A stretch of DNA of 14,318 bases from a virus (taxonomy: Duplodnaviria > Heunggongvirae > Uroviricota > Caudoviricetes). The notes under the pieces are model-generated. The model searched no databases. It was not told the origin of the DNA and saw nothing but the letters and a program-made list of their open reading frames with translations. The DNA lies in the IMG/VR virus record IMGVR_UViG_2778261064_000005, positions 1 through 14,318 of that record. One strand, written 5' to 3'. Both the position numbers and the translations under genes were made by a program. Positions 14,248 to 14,318 of this stretch are shown in pieces; within the stretch, counting starts at the first letter, position 1, and each line of letters opens with the position of its first letter.

Positions 14248-14318
14248 CTTCGCGTTTTTTTCTGGGCTAATTGACGCGCAATTCCGGGCGGGGAGCGCGC
14301 AACCCAAAAGCCCAGAAT

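Noticed and set aside
14222-14318. Resemblance of TTCGCGTTTTT near the tape-measure breakpoint to Mu-type transposase end-binding sites
   Set aside because: Match to the MuA site consensus is partial and the orientation would place the element over the tail genes; too weak to call without downstream sequence.

Overview
This window reads as the late region of a lambdoid, HK97/phage-21-like mosaic prophage from an enterobacterial host, almost entirely on the + strand. Order: a phage-21-type lysis cassette (S21-like pinholin, unknown 114-aa ORF, SAR endolysin, AntA-like gene, 48-aa membrane ORF, Rz with embedded Rz1); an antisense YlcI-like gene; an HNH endonuclease; a G11 tract and GTTAAC-rich palindromic region upstream of terminase (putative cos/terminase recognition); terminase small and large subunits; one ORF fusing prohead protease, scaffold-like coiled coil and HK97-fold major capsid protein; portal; a 353-aa protein with 54-aa tandem repeats; head-tail joining genes; major tail protein with Ig-like C-terminus; G/G-T chaperone pair with an A_AAA_AAG slippery site; and a tape-measure gene that stops after 205 codons at the window edge. 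No rRNA, tRNA or CRISPR was recognised. The points most worth follow-up are the protease-capsid fusion with an internal in-frame start, the repeat protein in the head module, the accessory genes inside the lysis cassette, and the truncated tape-measure gene. All homology calls are from motif recognition by eye and memory, not from searches.
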